A stretch of DNA of 63,413 nt, the filler included, from Octopus bimaculoides (taxonomy: Eukaryota): the NCBI RefSeq assembly GCF_001194135.2. It is 6 parts of 6 records of this genome, joined end to end, with 100 filler letters (N's around TTAATTAATTAA, not from the genome) between each part and the next. Parts side by side here need not be neighbours in the genome. Positions count along the whole stretch, not along the records: positions 61,723 to 63,413 come from NC_069000.1; 5 more parts are not named here. One strand, written 5' to 3'. Under the pieces are notes generated by a model. That model was not told where the DNA came from, searched no databases, and saw only the letters and a list, made by a program, of their open reading frames with translations. Position numbers and translations under genes: made by a program. Below, piece by piece: positions 63,326 through 63,413 of this stretch. The stretch's first letter is position 1. Each line of letters opens with the position of its first letter.

Positions 63326-63413
63326 CATGTACACACATACACACACAGACATATATATGTATATATGTATATATCCATATACTTATATTCATACATATTT
63401 ATATATATATATA

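Overview
This is repeat-rich, gene-poor eukaryotic (animal) DNA from a fragmented draft assembly. The SINE families and the (TA)n/(CA)n/(GATA)n/(TAA)n load suggest an octopus/cephalopod genome; this is an inference and no search was run. Five identical 100-bp spacers (44 N + TTAATTAATTAA + 44 N) show the window is six joined pieces: 1-15738, 15839-24874, 24975-37524, 37625-47421, 47522-61622 and 61723-63413. Only one host gene is supported: the last two coding exons (minus strand, 50355-50562 and 48084-49417) of a single-pass membrane protein with a divergent C-type-lectin-like domain and a long cytoplasmic tail. The remainder is microsatellites, at least four SINE families and decayed transposable elements (Penelope-like, R4/Dong-like, RTE, Tx1/L1, hAT, Tc1/mariner, Helitron). 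The most notable non-coding signal is an apparently intact type I hammerhead ribozyme motif at 9113-9185 (minus strand) with a palindromic stem III, plus several decayed hammerhead-like cores elsewhere. Nearly all other ORF-track entries are microsatellite or N-gap artefacts. I found no CRISPR array, rRNA or prokaryotic system. TE boundaries are approximate and all alignments were done by eye.
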